A DNA stretch of 64,000 bases from the human T2T-CHM13v2.0 reference genome, Homo sapiens: the NCBI RefSeq assembly GCF_009914755.1, contig NC_060937.1; one strand, written 5' to 3'. Below, piece after piece: positions 30,041-44,354 of the stretch (the stretch's first letter is position 1; each line of letters opens with the position of its first letter). The notes beneath the pieces were generated by a model. That model saw only the letters and a program-made list of their open reading frames with translations, made no database searches and was not told the DNA's origin. The translations under genes were made by a program, and so were the position numbers.

Positions 30041-31642
30041 CTCTTCAGGCTTATAGGAAGAGTGATTTTGAGCCTACCTATGAGCTACGAGTTCATTGCT
30101 CCATGTTAGCAAGAGAAAGTGTAGTTTGACTGGTAGTCACATTTGTGAAGAATCTGGAAGATCTGTGCCTGGGTGCAAGGTGCCTCACATGGAAGTCTCC
30201 TTCCCGCCCTCCAGGGATGAAGAGTGCCCTACACCCTCCCAAGCTGTGGCTAGAATCTCGTTGGTATTGCAGAGAGGTAGAAAAGAGAAGTGGGACTGAG
30301 ACAGAAAAGATGTTTCTAGATGTTTGGGGCATGTACTCGAAGAGGCCCAGAGCAAAAATTGAGAAAGGTGTGTTTGAAAAGGACTATTAGTAAATGTTTT
30401 CTCCCTAGAAACAGATTATACTTCTACATACTTCAAAAAATTACAGGATACAATAGAGGGGTACAAAATAAAGTCTGAAGTGGTTTTCAAATGTGAATAT
30501 ACTTGAGATTTATTTTCTCCTAAAGTTTTCCTTGTAAAATCCAATCTCAAAAGAAGAAAATCCACCTAAAGATCCTGTATCCCACTGAACTAAACTGTAA
30601 AAAACAAAAAATTATTTTAGGTGCATGTCTCCAACTTAGTCCCAGTTTATAGGAAATCTTGTTAAAATTTCCAGCAGAGGAGAATATTGTGAACTTGGCC
30701 CAAATCCTGCTACTTGGGGTGTAGCCCGGAAACAGCTGCTCGGGTAGTTGTTCCCCTCCCTGCTGCTTTTCCCTCATTCACAGTCCTGGGGTTTTGCTAA
30801 ATGCCGCCCATAGAACAAAATTATCTCAGTGCTGGTTGCCAACCAAAGAAAGACAGTTAGCTGATTAAACAAAGCAGAAGATGCCTGCCTTCCTTCCTAA
30901 AGGTGTCAAATCAATAGCTTTTTTTTTTTTTTTAAGGAATAACAAATAGTAGAGGGCATACAGCAGTTGGTGAGTAGAAACCACAGATTCCATCTTGAAA
31001 TCTTTGTTGTTTTTGCAGGGATGCCGAGGACAGTGGGGGCACCTTGGGACCTGGCCTGGGCTCCAGCTGCTCATCGCTTTCCAGGTTCTGATTCCCATCT
31101 AGCTGAACCTACCTGTCCCCCTTGATCACTCTCTGCCACCCCCATTGTAAATATATTTCCCTCTCCCTCTCAGTTAAATATGGTCCAAATTGAACTTGTC
31201 ATTTTTACCCTTCAAGTCCTACTTTATAACAAACAAAAATTTCTACTGGCAATCCGGCCTTCCCTGGGGCTGCCCAGCTGCCATTGGGGTGATGAGGGTG
31301 TTTCCTGCAGCTGAAGTCTCTTCTAATTAGCAAGCCCCTCAGGCAGTCTGGACTCTGAATTTAGCTGCCATCTGGTATCATCTGTAAATGACAATAGCAC
31401 TGTATCTTCTCCTTTGCCTCAGCCCTTCCTGCACTACGCATTCCCATTCCAAGCAACCCTGGAAAAGATTTCACTGCCTAGCTTCCTTGTCAGTTCCTAA
31501 GTATCAAGGCACCCTGGGCTCTGGTTAATTTGGGAAGTTCTAAACAAGGTCGAGGCAAATGAGAGCCAGGAGTTTCCAGAACCATCAAGAGGATACAGCC
31601 AAAGACCACAGTGGGCCGAGTAGCATCTCCCGGCCCTCTGTA

Positions 31643-31820
31643 CCAACGTTTCTCAAAGTACAGCTTCCAGAATAGTGGTACTGGAATTATCTAGGAACTT
31701 GATAGAAACACAAATTCTCAGGCCCCAGCCCAGACCAACAGGCAGAAAGTCTGGGGAGGGGCCCAGCAATCTGCATTTTATCAAGCCCTCCAGATCCTTC
31801 TGATAGAAGCTACAGTTTAC
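31643..31820. mobile_element. MER5A hAT MITE
   Basis: tttctcaaagt...aaattctcaggccccagcccagacc...cagcaatctgcattttatcaagccctccag. Confidence 0.8.
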
Positions 31821-31832
31821 CCGGCCGCTGTC

Positions 31833-32038
31833 CTTGGCTTCTCACTGGTGCACTGTTGACATTTTGGGAAGGTAATTCTTTGTTGTGTGAGCTGTCCTCT
31901 GCATTGCAGGATGTTTAACAGCATCCCTGGACTCTACCCACTAGATTCTAGACATATCCCCTCAGTTCTGACCATCCAAAATGTCTCCAGACAATGCCAA
32001 ATGTTCCCTGGCAAAGCCACCCCCACTTGAGAAACAGC
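31833..32038 (+). mobile_element. MER20 hAT MITE
   Basis: ttgacattttgg...cagcatccctggactctacccactaga...tgtctccagacaatgccaaatg. Confidence 0.85.
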
Positions 32039-32131
32039 CATTCGCTACAGGTTCTATTCTAATTGCTTAGTGCTATTTGACCAATGATTGCTGATGTGAA
32101 AAAGTCTGTATACAATGGAATGCTGTGTATG

Positions 32132-32295
32132 CAGTGCTTTTCAAGCTTTAATGTGCATACAAGTCACCTGGGGATCTTGTTAAAACCTGTTCTGATTCAG
32201 GAAATCTGAACTGGATTTTAAGACCGTGCATTTTTAACAAGCTGAAAGTGATGCCCATGTTGCTGCTCTGCAGACTACACTTTGATTAACAAGGT
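32132..32295. mobile_element. MER5A1/MER5-like MITE
   Basis: cagtgcttttcaagctttaatgtgcatac...tcacctggggatcttgttaaaa. Confidence 0.8.
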
Positions 32296-33395
32296 CCTAC
32301 AGGATCCCGAAAGATTTATTGAATGAAGGATGAATGAATAATTAAAAGCTAAGGATTCCTTTTGTGGAATGGGTAGGAATTTTTCCCTTTGTCACTGAAC
32401 TCCCCATCTCCAATTTTTTTTTCCTTATTCCTATGTTTTCATATTAAGAAAGATCAACTTTATTATAGTAAAGATAGCTTTATATACAAAAAGTACCAAG
32501 GATCTTTGCATATGAATCGTACCATATTTAGAGATACACAAAAATAAACACCCAAAATTCATTGACTAGCCAGTGAAAGATAGGCCATGCGACTGTTAAG
32601 TCCTAATTCACTCAACTAATATCTTTTCAATACTTTCTCTGTGCAGAGCATGCTACTCAATTGCTCATTAAAAAAACATATGTATGCAACTTGCATTAAA
32701 TGAATACCTATAGCTGTATGCTTTCACCATATATATTTTCAAAATGATGTAAAAATCAAGTTTGCTGGGAGAGGCAAATGCCTTTTGGCCAAAAATACAC
32801 ATAAAAGAGAGAATTAGCCAACAGGGCTAAGTTGTTTTCATTGTCATCTCAGTTACTGAGAAACTGGTTTCAAATGATCTTCTATCACCATAGGAGAATG
32901 ATAGCATTTGCAACTGCTGAAGTGGCAGGGTAATTTCCTTCTAGAGCTAATGAATAGCTGGTGCTTTCTTTGTTTCTCAGTTAATCCATTGGCAGATGTG
33001 GCTCTGAGGTACAAAGATGTCTTAAAACCTTGGGGATTGAAAGCTGGCCTTTTTTTTTTAGAAGTTCAAGAGCTATTTTTTTTTCTCTGAAACTGGGAAA
33101 ACAGACTGGCACACTATGAAATATTTCTGTATACAAAATGACATTGTGTGATAGATAATAGGGAAAATATTAAATTTGACATGCTGTTTTGCTTAAGACA
33201 GAACAATGTGGGATGCCTCAATTTCAAAAACACACGAATGAGCTCAATGGGCTCATTTTCATTGCAGTATCCCATCATGCCACTGCCCTTCAATTTAAAT
33301 TGTGCTTGTGTTGCCAATAAATCACTGGTCATAGATGAATATATTATAGTTAAAGTGCACTCTTTTTAGAAGCACATGCATTCTCATTTCACAAT

Positions 33396-33843
33396 GTGTG
33401 TTGGAGACTTACTAAGTGTTCAGCAAGCCTGTTTCCCCTCCCTCCTGGGCACAAAGATGATATTTCCCAGTCTTCTTGCAGTTAGGTATGACCATGTAAC
33501 TGATTTCTGCTCATTGTTGGTAAAACAGACGGGTTCCAGCTTCATAGGTGGCCCATGAATTCTCCCCATGCATAATCCTCCGTGCTGTTATGGCTCCTAC
33601 TGGCTCAATGCAGATGAGCACAGTGACCTTGGAAGCCATGGTTTGAAGATGGAGAAACCAGCATATGAAAAATTGAATTGAAATTCTTGGTCCCTGTTTG
33701 AAGGGAGCTGTCTACTCACTAATCAGGAGCATTTGCTTTGGTCTTTACAAAAGTGAGAAACAAAATTTTCTCCTGCATGAACCAATATACATTTTTAAAA
33801 AAATTCATTTGTTTTAACTGTTAGCATTACCCAAATTAATATA
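33396..33843 (+). mobile_element. MLT1I/J-like MaLR LTR
   Basis: atttcccagtcttcttgcagttaggtatgaccatgtaactga...gaagatgg. Confidence 0.7.
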
Positions 33844-35554
33844 CGATGTATTTCTCGTGTATAATTGGTTACCCCCAGCCGAGATTCCCTCTTTCTATCC
33901 TAGATTCTGCTGCTACATGTTGAATTTGGTTCTTCCTCCTCCTTTGTTGCAGGTCCTAAATCATCATCACCTTCCTGTAGGTCCTTATCATTGTTCTATA
34001 CTTACCGGCCCTACCTACTTGTAGGCACCTCTTTAATTATCATCTTATTTTAGAGCTCACTGGTGGTCAGGTGTGTAATGAGGTCAGAGGGAGGGAAAAG
34101 GCAATATAAAACATTACTTCACTACTCCTATTCCTAATCTGTTTGTTAATCTTTCCTCCTTCCCTTCCTCTATCTCCCTAACTTTTATCCTCCTTTGATT
34201 CTTTTCCTATTTGTCATTATTTCCTAGAATTTCTATTCTTATTTCTCGCTATGTCAGAGCCTCATTCTCTGCTTTCTATTGTATAGTCTTAACTCCCTCT
34301 GCTCCGCTAGCCTCTGGTTGTAGCATGGCCCCTCCGTCATGGGACATCTCCTCATATGGATGTATAATTTTAGATGTAACAGAGGGTACAAATGTGGGGA
34401 GATGGCATAGAGCATAGAATGAGGAGAAAAAATCCCGAGGCACTTCACTGAGGGCAATTTTGGGACATGGAAGCCAATAAATTGTTTAAAGAAGAGGGGA
34501 ACAATCATGTTGAATGTAGCTGAGATGTCAACCATGATAGGAAAACGTCCTTTATGCTTGGCAATTCTGAGAGGTATTCAGATGAGACAATCAGGAAGGA
34601 AGTTAGACTGGCAAAGAGTGAGAGTATTAGTGGGATAACTGGATACAAATATGTGCATATAGACAACTCTAGAAAATTCTGTGAAGTGTAAACACTTAGA
34701 AAATGAAGAAAATGGAACAGAGAATAAAGACCCAGGGTGGGGTGATGGGTAGCAACAGGGTATGAAGATGATCCTTAGCAAATGGGTAAGGGGAGGAGAC
34801 ACATGGGAAGAGAAAGCTGAAAGGAAAAACACAGAACAATTATGACTGTGGATGAGTCTGAGGGCATTTTGTTCTCCTCTAAGGAAGTCATATTCTCATA
34901 AACAAAAATTATTATGCATAAGAAATAGAGGAAAATAAGAATTGTAACCAACACTTATATTTACGTGTACACATTTACATATATTTATTTGTGCAGTAGA
35001 CAGAAGTACTGATAAAAGCATATCAAAATGGAGCTGAAATACTGAAAACATGGCATGGTCTCCCAACTTTACCAGAATTCATGTTGAGAGGAAAAAATAT
35101 TATTCATTTGTTCATTGCATAACTTAGCATTCCATTTCTAGTACCACAACCGTATACTGTTTTCTGGTTTTACCTGTTTAAAAATTATTGCACGTCGATA
35201 ATAATCAGCACTTTAAATCCAGGGATGCTATATAACTTTAGCTCACCTGCACAAAAATGGAGATCAAAAAATGTCCAAGAAGATTATTGACCTTCATTCT
35301 AATGAGCAGGCTGTGTAATATGCATCACTTTGATTTCATTTCCTAACATAAAGCATCACCAGAAAGTACAATTATAAATTTATCTCCATACACTGGGATT
35401 CTAATAGAGAACAGTGAGAAAGTAACGGGGCAGCAATGAATGATTATTTAATAGTAACAGTGCACATATGATAAAAATAGAATATTTCTTTAAGTTACAC
35501 TTTTTATTCTACTTTACAGCAAACTCTCACTAAATAAGTGAAGCATAGTTCCCC

Positions 35555-35630
35555 AATTCAATTTGCTTTGATTTGATTCAATTCAATCCAATTCAGCTCT
35601 ATTCAACTCAACTCAAGAAACATATTTATT
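35555..35630 (-). repeat. (ATTCA)n-like decayed L2 tail
   Basis: attcaattcaatccaattca...aaacatatttatt. Confidence 0.5.
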
Positions 35631-36111
35631 TAGGAAACCAAAAGACATACCGGATCTTAGGCTTTGAAAAGAACTGTTTCTTTTTCTCCCCAGTATAAAA
35701 TATATAGATGACTGTGTCAATATAGCATGAAAACATATTAAATTGAAATTGGAAAATTCGGCAAGAGGTTTTACTGCAGGATTGACACCATTAAAAAAAA
35801 GAATGAGCCAAATTTATGCTTGGAGATGCTTTAGAGAAATTAAACATTCTCTTAATCACAGCTATCATACAATTGATGCTTTCTATTGTTAAGCAACTTC
35901 ATAAGAATGAAACTCCAGAATTTTTTTCTTGAAATTATACAAACTGAAATGGCATTCTGGAATCTGTAATTTTTTTTTCAGTCGTTATATAAAAACACCG
36001 GGGAGTTGAGGACAGAGGATGTTTCTGAGACAGACATAGTGGTATCTTGGAGAGAGGCTGGGGGATGTTAGGAAGGAACTAGTTGGTCAGTGAGAAACTT
36101 CTTGTGGCAGG

Positions 36112-36572
36112 TGTTCTAGTTTGCAAGGGCTGCCATAGCAAAGATCTCAAACTGGATGGCTTAAAAAATAGAACTGTATTGTCTCACAGTTCTAGAGGCT
36201 CGAGGTCTAAAATTGAAATGTCAGTAGTGCTGTGCACTTTCTCTGAAAACTGTAGGGGAGAATCCTCCCTTGCTTCTTTCTAGCTTCTGGTGGTGGCCAT
36301 CAATCTTTGGCATTCCTTGGCTTGCAGCAGTGTCTCACCAATCTCTGTCTCTGTTGTCACATGGCATGCTCCCTACATATCTATATCTTCTCATGGTGTT
36401 TTCTTCTTCTTATGAGGAAGTGCTAGCCATATTGGAGTAGGGCTCACCCTCATGACCTTACCCTAACTTGATTCCATCTACAAAGACCCTATTTTCAAAT
36501 AAGGTCACATACAGGTACCAGGGGTTAGGATTTCAACATATATTTTGTGGGGACACAATTTAACCAATCACA
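36112..36572 (-). mobile_element. MLT1C-like solo LTR
   Basis: gggctgccatagcaaa...caaataaggtcaca...ggggacacaattt; TSD gcagg/ggagg. Confidence 0.88.
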
Positions 36573-36829
36573 GGAGGTATGACTTGAATACTTTTTTATG
36601 GAGAGTGACTTCTAATATTCTGTATTAGGCTCTCTCTGCAGAGCTGTTCTGTGTCTAATGTTACTATATCTTTAGTGCTATTCCCAAATCTTCAATAAAC
36701 TTCTACCACTTCCTGATGTGAGCAGCATTTTTACAAAATCAAGGTAAAGAAACTTTGTTCCATGCCTTAACCAGTGTGAGGCAGAGAGAAAAAGAACAGA
36801 TTTGAGTACTGAATAATATAGAATGATAC

Positions 36830-37297
36830 AGAATATAAGCTAAATTTCCGTAACAAAGAAAACCTAAATACAGTGGGTTTAATAAAAAAAAGTTCAATTT
36901 TCTCTGATCTTGCATTCTATAGTTTGGTTGCCAGTTCAAGTAAGGCAGGCAATTCTGCACAAGGTCACAGGGGACCCAAGTTAGCAAGCATTTCTGGGTC
37001 CAAGTAAACTATTTCCTTGTCACCATTTTTTAGCAAGCAAGAAGTAAGAAAAAAAGCATAAAGGCAAACTGCTTCCTTTTTGAAGGACATGATTTAGAAG
37101 TTCCAAGCATCATTCGCTCTCAACTATCACTGGCCAGAAATCGATCAGATTGGTCAGACCTGGCTGCAAAAGAGTCTGGGAAACGTAATCTCAGTCTGAC
37201 CAATGGTGTGTCTTGCTGAAGTGATAGAAGGGGGATCCTGGTTCAAATAATAAGAGAGGAAATGGATACCAGGGAACAATGAGCAATCTCTGTCATA
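36830..37297 (-). mobile_element. MLT1J-like LTR
   Basis: gtaacaaag...cactggccagaa...gctgcaaaagagtctgggaaacgta...gcaatctctgtcata. Confidence 0.7.
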
Positions 37298-37929
37298 GGT
37301 AACAATAACGTTAGACTGAGAGTTCACTGATAATAAAAAATGGTCATTAGAATTAACTAGGTTAAACCCCCAGGAATTCTCAGGCACCTCAGGACTTCCA
37401 AAACACAGCATGGCAGTTGAAAACTGTCTTGGAGTTGGAAGTGTGGTGTTTACCAAAATAAGGGACCTAACTAATAGTATTAATAGTTTTTATTTTCAAA
37501 GTACAAGGTGACCACAGTTGATAACTAGACTTTATGTAACAGAAGAGAGAAGCTTATATTGGAATCTCAGCATTTAAAAATTAAAAGGAGGGAACTATAG
37601 TAAGCTGTATTAAAGTAGTGTTGCAACTGTGGGTTTAAACACGGGGAAGAAGAGGATTGAGAGTTGATTTGTAATTAATTGTCACTTCTTATTTATTGTA
37701 AGACCTGCAACTGAAGAGTTTTAGAGAGAAATTACGGAAAGCACAAGGGGCAAAAAACCAACAATAACAAATGTAGTTACATTCATTTTGAGATTTAAAC
37801 AAGGCCTTCATATGAAAGTTCTAAAGTTACATATAATAAAGTTAACAAAGTTCTGGTAGCAAGCCCCAATACATTTGGTTGTATACAAATAATCTAATAT
37901 TTGCTTTAAAATATTTAAAAACTACTACT

Positions 37930-40160
37930 AGCATGATAATTAATGGCAAAACATCCAAAGCTTTTCCCTCAGCTTGAGAACAGCCAAAGATAATCACTAT
38001 TATATTGTATTGAAGGTTCTACCCAGCTCTACCCACTATTATATTGTATTGAAGGTTCTACCCAGTTCTACCCACTATTATATTGTATTGAAGGTGCTAC
38101 CCAATAAGGCAAGCAAACAAATGAACCCCTTGCCCCTCCTAAATTATTTTTCAAAATAATTGAGAAATAGGACTGTAAGGCTGTCTTTTTTTTCATGATA
38201 GACAACATAATTGTACATGTAGAAAATCCAAAAGAATTTACAAGTAAACTATTAGAACTTAGCAACATTACTGAATTAAAAGTCAATATAAGAAATAAAT
38301 TTTATTTTTCTATTACAGTAACAAATAATAAATTAAAAATTAAAAAATACCATTCACAGTAGCATCAGAGGAATCAAATATCTAGCAATGAATCTAAGAA
38401 AGATATTTAAGACTTCTACACTGAAAATAATGTTATTAGAGTTATTAAGGAGAAATAAAATAAGTAGATATATCTTGTTAATGGATTGGAAGACTCAAAA
38501 TTATTTAGATGTCAATCCTTTACAAATTGTTGTATAGATTCATCACAATCTCTATTAAATCCTCAGCAAGTTGTTTGTGGAAAATGACCATACTTAAACA
38601 TTTATATGGAAATGCAAAGGCAAAAGTTAGCTAAATCAGTTTGAATTCAAAAAACTAAGAGGACTTACACTCCCAGCTATTAAGACCCATCGAAAGCTCT
38701 TCTAGATAGTTGTTATTGGCTCAATGATAGGCAACTAAACCTATCCTCTCCCCTCCAAAATATTCCATGCATACACCATCACCAGATTTATATCAAAGAT
38801 GACACTGTAGTATAGTGGAAAGCCTTTTTAATAAATGATTCCAGGTCAATTGATATCCACATGGAAAAAATTAATTTTGACCTCACACCATACACAAAAA
38901 TCAATTCCAAAAATCAATTAGACATCTAACTTTAAAAGGTAAAAATAATAAGACTTTTAAAAGAAATTGTAGGCGCATTTCTTTGTAACCTTGAAGTAGG
39001 CAAAAATTTATTAAATAGAATACAAAATGCACTAGTTTTAAAAGCAAAATGGATAAATTTAATGATATTAACATTATGAAATTCATTTTATTAAAAAACA
39101 CCCTTAAGAGAATGAGAAGGCAGGCTTACCATGGGATATGACATTTCTAATTCATATGTCTGAAAAAGACTAAATCTAGACTACACAAATACCTATTAAT
39201 CAATAAAAGGTAAACATCTGAACAGAAAAATAGGCAAAAGTTTTTAAGGTACATCACAAAAGAAAATATCAAAATGGCCAATAAACATATGATATAATAA
39301 TAAATATATAAAATACCAATGAATATATGAAAAGGTGCTGAACTTTGGGAAAAACTCATGAGGGAAATGCAAATTAAAAGCACAATGCTACACCACTAGA
39401 CATACACACACATTCACATTCACATTCACACTCACACTCACAGAGAATGGTTACAAAGCAAATGACAGATAAATCCAAGTGTTTACAAGGATGTGGAGCA
39501 ACCTGAACTTTCATGTACTGCTGTCAGGATGTAGAGTGATACAACCACTTTGGAAAGCCTTTGGCAGAATCTATTAAGCTGAAAATATGCATGTCCCATG
39601 ACTCTGAAGTGTCATTACCTAGGTATATATATACCATTAAAATGAGTACCTATTTTCACCAAAATATATGTACAAAGATGTTCATGTTGGCAATATTTAA
39701 AATGGCCAAAAGCAGAACTTGTCAAATGTCTACCAACAGTGGAAGAGATAAATAAATTGTTTATTAGTAATTATTAATTTATTTATTATTAATTAATTCC
39801 CTCAACAGGATGCTCTATGGAGATGAGAATTAATAAACAGAAACTGTATGCCACTACATGGATAACTCTCACAAATATGATGAGAGACAAATAAACAAAT
39901 TTAAAAAGCCAGACACAGAGTCCATAGTGTATACTATTATTTATTTCAGGTTCAAAATCAGGCAAAACTAATCTGTAATGTAGGAAGTCAAGATGGTGTT
40001 TACTCCTGGTTGAGGTGGAGAAGTTACTGGAAGGATGAGGAAAAAAGCTTCTGGGTGTTCTGTTTCTTGATCTGATCGGTGGTTACCTGGATGTATTTAA
40101 TTTGTTAGAATTCAGAACACTGTGCAAATACAATTTGCGTACATTTATACATAGAGATTA
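37930..40160 (+). mobile_element. ancient L1ME (ORF2 remnant plus 3'UTR)
   Basis: gtagaaaatccaaaagaa, ggaagactcaa, gggaaatgcaaattaaaa, ggcaaaactaatct. Confidence 0.8.
37995..38103. repeat. 39-bp minisatellite, ~2.8 copies
   Basis: CACTATTATATTGTATTGAAGGTTCTACCCAGYTCTACC units start at 37995, 38034 and 38073. Confidence 0.95.
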
Positions 40161-40732
40161 TACTTTAATGCAATTAAAAACATCAATTCTACTATCTTAT
40201 GGTTACATGCCAGACAAAATAATTAGAAGGCACAGTTTAAACGCTTAAGGAATTTCATAAATCCAAGTAAGAAAAATGACATTCATGACATGATATTATT
40301 TGAATGTCAAAGAAGCAATAATTATAATGAAAATAATATACCAGAACTGAAATGAGGAAGCAAATTTAAGGAAAAGCAAATGAGATTAAAATAATTTCTA
40401 GGATAAGCCCTTTCTTTACTTTTGTTTTGGATGCAGTGTTTGGAAAAGACATGCAATGTTATATTTTAAAGTAACATATATCTTTTAATTTCAAAAAAGT
40501 GGTAATTTTTGCAAAATAAAATTTGTGTGAGAATTCTAAGGAGGTAAAACAAGTTACAGAAAATCTTGAAGCAGACTTAATTAACAAACAATAAAAAAGT
40601 GTTAAAAGGATATCTGCCTAGCAAGTGAAGGATTCATGAAGGTGAAAAAAGTCAATGACTCCATGACATTCTATTAATCTCCTATGAGTGAGTGAAATTT
40701 GTCCTTCCTTAATGACTTTTTCCAATCTACTA

Positions 40733-41044
40733 TAGTTGGCCCTCTGTATCTGTGGGTTCTGCATCCATGGATTCAACCAACTGCAGATAAAAATATATGG
40801 AAAAAACTCACAACAATAAATAATACAAATAAAAAGCAATATAGTATAACAACTATTTACATAATATTAGGTATTATAAGTAATCTAGAGATGATTTAAA
40901 GAATATGAAAGGAGGTACACAGGTTATATACAAATACGATACCATTTTATATAAGGGACTTGAGCATCCTTGGATTTTGGTATCCTGCAGGGTGGGGGTA
41001 AGGGGTCCTGGAATCAATCTCCCATGGATATCAAGGAAAAACTG
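40733..41044 (-). mobile_element. MER2 (TcMar-Tigger)
   Basis: agttggccctctgtatctgtgggttctgcatcc...ataagtaatctagagatgatttaaag...aactg. Confidence 0.9.
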
Positions 41045-41338
41045 CACTTTTCTACCTGCCTTTTTTTTTTTCTTAGTCCAAGTAAACCTATCTAGTGGAG
41101 TTGAAATGAGGATTTTGTAACCCAAATACTGATTAATTATTATAATTGCCATGGGTTCAACAGAAATGATCTCAAAATGCAAAAATCATCATCTCTTTCA
41201 GCAACAAATTATAGCACTTCTGAGTGACCTGACGTTTTTAACTGCATGGTAAAATTAGGGATACAAAATGTAGACACCAGCCATAGCTTGTGTGATATAC
41301 TCTGATTTCAAGGCAGCTTTTTGCAACTCATGGTCTCT

Positions 41339-42248
41339 TTTATGGAAAATTAAAAGAAAAAACTGTTTTTCTACTCACTGCACTTCTGACACAAGACATG
41401 TGGGTTTTCCAAACTAAGCAATTCTCCGGTTCTCTGTGGACATGAAGAGGGTGTCCTATAGTTTAATTCAATTCTAATACCAATTGCCTGAAATTAGTGC
41501 AGACCCCTGAGATGAAGGAATCAGGCCCATAAGACTGTCCCCCCAGTTCAGATATCAATCTCAGTTAGTGGATCCCCGTGTTATCCACACTTCTATCTTA
41601 CTTGTCTACAAATCAGGGGTTCTTACAAGCCCCTCTTCTTATTCAATAATTTGCTATAAAGGGTCACAGAATTCAGGGAAACACTTTACTTATGTTTACT
41701 AGTTTATTTTAAAGAATATCATAAAGGATACAAATGAACAGACAAAGAGATAAATAGTGCAAAGTATAGGGAAGGGGTGTGGAACTTCCATTTCCAATCT
41801 GGGTAGTCCCCCCTCTCAGCGTCCCAGTGTGCTCGTCAACCTAGAAGCTTTCTGAGTTCCACTGTCTAAAGTTTTTAATAAGGTTTCATTATGTGGGCAT
41901 GACTGATTACATCATTGGCCATTGAATCTCTAGCCCCTTTTCATTGGTTGGGTTAAGCTGAAAGATCTAACCCTGCAATCATGCTTTGTTTTTTCTAGTG
42001 ACTGGCTGCCATCCTGAAGCTATCTAGGGATGTTATCTAGTCATTTCATTAGCGTACAAAGGACATTCGTCACTTTGGAGATTCCTAAGGTTTTAAAAGC
42101 TCCTGTGTCTGGAATCAGGGTCAAAGACCAAATATTAGAACAAAAGATGCTCTTAGCACCCCATCACTCAGGAAATTACAAGGATTTTAGGAGCTCTGTA
42201 TCCGGAACTGAGGGAAGAGACCAAATATATATTTCCTATTATGTCATA
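41339..42248 (-). mobile_element. MER21 (B/C-like) LTR
   Basis: cacttctgacac...ttcaattctaatac...ggaaattacaaggattttaggagctctg...gaccaaatatatatttc. Confidence 0.85.
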
Positions 42249-44354
42249 AATATCTATTTCTCAAAACAGAGGTTGAGTCTCTTCTGTGGAGCATCTAAAG
42301 GTTGGAAAATCTCTTCTTATCCTATCCTTGTAAAAAATCGCCTTTGTGGGGTCTGAGGCAATAATGATCCTCTTAGCAGGCCTCATTCAGGCCACTTGAG
42401 AGATTCTAATGCATTGAGAGGATTCATAAAATAGTTTCTCAGAAGTAAGATTACATGTTTATTTTGTGCATACACCCAGAAGTTTTGCAATAAGTGCATT
42501 TTTATAATTCTAATAGATTTCCAGGGTACTGCCTATTCTTTTTTCTATGCTAATAGCAAGAGGCTGTTGAGATGGGAGCAATTTTTTAAAAATTCTGAAT
42601 ATAAGCAATGTAAATATCACTGCCAATTTGTGAATCTGCCAAACCTTCCAATTGCCTTATTTCAAAATTTATTTATTTATTAAAATCTGTTAAATAAAAA
42701 CAACAATGACCTCTAGTTTATCTTTCCCTATTTTGTGCAGCCAATTTTAACTGAGAAATTCAGATGCCACTATTACTTAGATCATAGGGAAAAAAAGATA
42801 GTGGCATTAGGGTAATTCATTTTAAAAATGCAGTGGAACATTATTTGGAGGTGTGGTTCTTTTACTTCCTGCTGTCTGAGGCACTCAATCTTATTTTCAA
42901 GGACTCTACCTTTCCAGTGAAGAACAGAAGAGCAGTATTTAGACTTAAGCTTAAAAGAAATACCATAAAAGGAAATGAGCAAACTTTAAGTTCTATCTTT
43001 AATGGTGTATTATAGAGAAATTCCTCAAATCAAGTATTGCTCTTGAAGAGAGAAGTCTCTCTGGTTCTATGACTATTATTATCCCACTATGTGGGATTAC
43101 TAAACCCATCCAACTCAAGTTGCTTGTTTCAAACACCTCTTTCCCTTGTATTTTCAAGGTGCATTATATATGTATTCAGATATAATCAAGGATATTGCCC
43201 TGTGTGTTCTGTTTTTAGGGTTCCAATCTTGGTACCTAACATAAAGACCTACAAAGAGTGCAAAGCAGACGGGTAGCTTTTGAGTGCCTATCTCAGTCAC
43301 ACATCACTACTTCCGCTTTTAATTTCCCTATCTCTTGCAAATTCTTCAAGTTAACTTTATTTTTGTTCCACATTTTTCCCATACTTACTTGACTTTCTCC
43401 TCTCATTTTCTTCTGAAAACTTCAAGCCTTATTTTTTATCTTAAATCATGACTGTTTCTTTTTCTCTGTCCTTTAGCTGAGACTATATATATTTTAGTAC
43501 GTGAATGTTGTATTTGCATCACAGTTAAACCATTTAACACCAAGTGCAATAAAATTTTAGGGGACCAAATACTATGTTCTCTTCTGTGGAAATACCATAA
43601 TTCCTTTATCTGAATCAGAGTCTGTAGTGGGAAGCTGCTATTGTATCATATTGCTACGGAATTACTAAAGGTTACCACCAATCAAGAACTCATGGATAAC
43701 TTTACTACTATATATATCACTAGACTTAGCTACTTGGTAGTTGTTGGGAAAAGGAAAACTACTTCAAGATTGTTTTGGAGAAACAGTCATTATTCCTGAA
43801 ACTGGATGTCACATGAGCTTTCTTCAATTCTCATGAGCAGGTATACCATTTGGCATTTTAAACTTTCTTTTTCACCTATGTTGCATCCCTATAAATGAAG
43901 CATACTTTTTGATAAAACATATGAAAAACAGAGGTAGTCATTTAGCCTTTAGAGAAGTAAGAGATCTAAGAGATATGAGTTCCTTTTAGCACTGGGACCA
44001 AGAGAAGTGAAAGGAGTTTCTCAAGGCAAGTTATTGATAGAATAAGAACTGAAACACAACTTGACTGAATCCACTGGGCTTTTTACTGTTCTACTATATG
44101 TCCAGAGTCAGATGTAGATGACCGCATTTACTGCCAGGGTCTGTGATTTTCATTACATTACGTGGGGGAAGAAACAATGAAGTTTCAATAACCAAAGTGT
44201 TGGCGCAGCTCAGAGTTGGCTCCTGCAGCCATTTCTAGCTGTCTGCAAAGAGGAAGCTGCATGCAAGCTGGCACTGAGGAATGAATGTTAGCCAGCATTC
44301 TAGGATTCAACAGGAAGACCAGATTAAAACAATGGAAGATAAAGGGTGACTTAT

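Noticed and set aside
37974-38159. Repeat-protein ORF (HYYIVLKVLPSST)n or CRISPR-like array
   Set aside because: It is a tandem 39-bp duplication with no unique spacers and no cas genes, in a eukaryotic L1 context.
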